Positions 62,171 to 64,000 of a DNA stretch of 64,000 nucleotides are shown here, one piece after another. The notes beneath the pieces are model-generated. The model worked only from the letters and a program-made list of their open reading frames with translations, did no database searches and was not told the origin of the DNA. The translations under genes were made by a program, and so were the position numbers. The stretch comes from an uncultured delta proteobacterium. Lineage in GTDB: Bacteria; Myxococcota_A; Polyangia; Palsa-1104. The stretch's first letter is position 1. Every line of letters begins with the position of its first letter. The DNA is taken from contig CAWAWS010000004.1 of NCBI GenBank assembly GCA_963785725.1, positions 159,739 through 223,738 of the forward strand. The letters are read 5' to 3'.

Positions 62171-62201
62171 TACTCGGCTGATTCTTCGCCGATCCTCTAC
62201 A

Positions 62202-63065
62202 ATGTCGGGCGACATGCCCGCCGAGACGCTGCGCGTCCTCACCCTCAACATTTGGAATAACCAAGGTCCGTGGCCCGAGCGGCTGCGCCTGATTCGGCGT
62301 GAGCTCGCCGAGCTTTCGCCCGACATCGTCGGCTTGCAGGAGGTGCTGCACCTCGAGCAGCCGGCGCAACAGGCCGCGCCCGACCAAGCGCAGGCCATCG
62401 GCGACGGCCTCGGCTACTACAGCGCGTTCGCGTCGGCCTGGCACATCGGTGGCGGCCTGCAGTTCGGCAACGCGCTCTTGTCGCGCTGGCCCATCGTGCA
62501 CGCCGACAATTTTCAGCTGCCGTGCGAGCCCGACGACGAGACGCGCGGGCTCCTGCATTGCGTGCTCGATTCGCCGCATGGTCGCATCTCGGTCTTCGTG
62601 ACGCACCTGTCCTGGAAGCTGCATCAGTCCGACATTCGGCAGCAGCAGGTGGCGTTCATCGCCGGCAAAGTGCGCGACCTGGCGCCGATCGACGGCCACG
62701 GCTTTCCGCCCATCCTCATGGGTGACTTCAACGCCGAGCCCGAGTCGGACGAGATCCGTTATCTGCGCGGCTTCAACTCACGCCTCGGCAAGAGCATCTA
62801 CTTCGCCGACTGCTTCGCCGCCGCCGGCGACGGCTCGCCCGGCTACAGCTACGCGCGCGCGAATCCTTACGCGCTGCGCGCGCACGAGCCCAATCGCCGC
62901 CTCGACTACATCTTCTCGCGCGGCCCCGATCGCGAGCTGCGCGGCGAGCCGTTGTCGGCGCGGCTCTGCTTCAATCAGCCCAACGGCGACGGCATCTGGC
63001 CTACCGATCATTACGGAGTCGTCGCCGATATTCAGGCCGCGCCGCGCAAGCTCGATCCGCTCTGA
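62202..63065 (+). CDS. Endonuclease/exonuclease/phosphatase family protein
   Basis: TLNIW, DIVGLQEV, THL, MGDFNAEP, RLDYIF, TDHYGV. Confidence 0.92.
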   Translation: MSGDMPAETLRVLTLNIWNNQGPWPERLRLIRRELAELSPDIVGLQEVLHLEQPAQQAAPDQAQAIGDGLGYYSAFASAWHIGGGLQFGNALLSRWPIVHADNFQLPCEPDDETRGLLHCVLDSPHGRISVFVTHLSWKLHQSDIRQQQVAFIAGKVRDLAPIDGHGFPPILMGDFNAEPESDEIRYLRGFNSRLGKSIYFADCFAAAGDGSPGYSYARANPYALRAHEPNRRLDYIFSRGPDRELRGEPLSARLCFNQPNGDGIWPTDHYGVVADIQAAPRKLDPL

Positions 63066-63312
63066 CGCCTCCGTACACTTCCCAAGCGATTGCGGTCACC
63101 GGTCTGGGAGCGTTTTCCCCAGTGCCCCCTCGTTTGCGCATTCTCCGTCGAGCACTCGCATTTCCTGGGTCCATTTGTCCCCACGCGATGCGCCTATTCG
63201 GCTTTCGACGCTGGTGACTGCCCCCCCGGTGTGACAACTTTCGTGTTACCGCTTCGATTTTATAACTAACCGTAAGAATTATTAAAATTTAAGGAATAAA
63301 AAAATGTAAACG

Positions 63313-63328
63313 CGGCACGCGACTCGCA
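63313..63328 (+). promoter_or_regulatory. Putative sigma54 promoter preceded by an AT-rich tract
   Basis: CGGCACG-CGAC-TCGCA; GG(63314-15)-N10-GC(63326-27); AT-rich 63255-63310. Confidence 0.6.
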
Positions 63329-63344
63329 ATGGGGGTCTGGAGTC

Positions 63345-64000
63345 ATGAGCGTCCGCCCTCTCTGCTTCGCGCTGCTGCTCTTGGTCGCCGTCTCCGGCTG
63401 CCTTGGCTCGGCGCTCAACGGCACCAACGGCGGTGGCGGCGGCGGCAGTGGCGGCAACGGCGTGGGCGGCACGCCCGACATGGCGCCCGACGTCTCGGCG
63501 CTGTTCTACGCGAACGTCGCGCCGATCATCATGCCGGCCTGCGGCGGCTGCCACGGCGTCACCGGCGGCGCGGGTCCGCCGTTCATGTTGTCGACGCCGG
63601 ACATGCTCAAGAACATCCTCGCGTACCCGGGGCTCGTCAGCAATCCGCCGGCGCAGTCGCTCTTGTATTCGAAGGGCGCGCACGAAGGTCCGGCGTTCAC
63701 GCCGGCGCAGCTGCCCGTCGTGCTCGATTGGCTGACGACGTACGACGCGACGCTCGCCGTCGACGCCGGCGTGGCCAAGCCGCAAGTGACGCCGTTTGCG
63801 CCTTCTTTCACGGCCACGAACACGGTCGACCTCTCGGTGCTCGACGCGACGCTCGCCGGTCAGAAGCTGACCTTCAGCGCCAAGATGGTGGGCACGTCGA
63901 TCGAGCTGTCGGACATCATGCTGGTGACGCCGGCGACGGAAGGCGTGCACGTCTCGCATCCGCTCTTCGTCGTCTGGGATCCGAACTTGGTCGCGCATCC
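63345..64000 (+). CDS. c-type cytochrome lipoprotein (3' truncated; absent from the ORF track)
   Basis: GGAG RBS; MSVRPLCFALLLLVAVSGC lipobox; FYANVAPII..ACGGCHG heme motif at 63540; frame open to the window end. Confidence 0.8.
   Translation, partial: MSVRPLCFALLLLVAVSGCLGSALNGTNGGGGGGSGGNGVGGTPDMAPDVSALFYANVAPIIMPACGGCHGVTGGAGPPFMLSTPDMLKNILAYPGLVSNPPAQSLLYSKGAHEGPAFTPAQLPVVLDWLTTYDATLAVDAGVAKPQVTPFAPSFTATNTVDLSVLDATLAGQKLTFSAKMVGTSIELSDIMLVTPATEGVHVSHPLFVVWDPNLVAH

Overview
Very GC-rich bacterial chromosome segment. Gene content (several Ser/Thr kinases, an FHA-sigma54 activator, a Myxococcus-type Cys-rich repeat, many Cys-rich lipoproteins) points to Myxococcota, probably Polyangia-like; this is inference. 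Most genes are housekeeping or signalling: gluQ, ychF, mutS2, an EF-G paralogue, moaB/moaA, a cytochrome c maturation operon (CxxxY-type CcmE, CcmF-CcmH fusion), acyl-CoA dehydrogenase, sspB, a Gld-like ABC system, apaG and ndh. The strongest novelty candidate is 611..2212: a Flp/Tad prepilin fused to a pretoxin-type Hint autoprocessing domain and a C-terminal permuted-papain-like domain, behind a sigma54-like promoter and with no adjacent immunity gene. It may be a pilus-delivered, self-releasing effector. Other notable signals: (1) three dispersed 21-bp TTGAC-N6-GT(C/A)A(A/G) arrays around an accessory islet with an IS66 remnant; (2) a TetR-resolvase-HTH fusion with res-like TGTCTCA/TGAGACA sites inside and at the end of its own gene; (3) gene 3'-end echo repeats; (4) apparently leaderless genes; (5) an in-frame TGA followed by a hairpin. 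Several conserved genes carry single-base frameshifts whose pattern suggests consensus/assembly artefacts. I recognised no rRNA, tRNA or CRISPR array. All domain calls come from reading motifs by eye, not from database searches.
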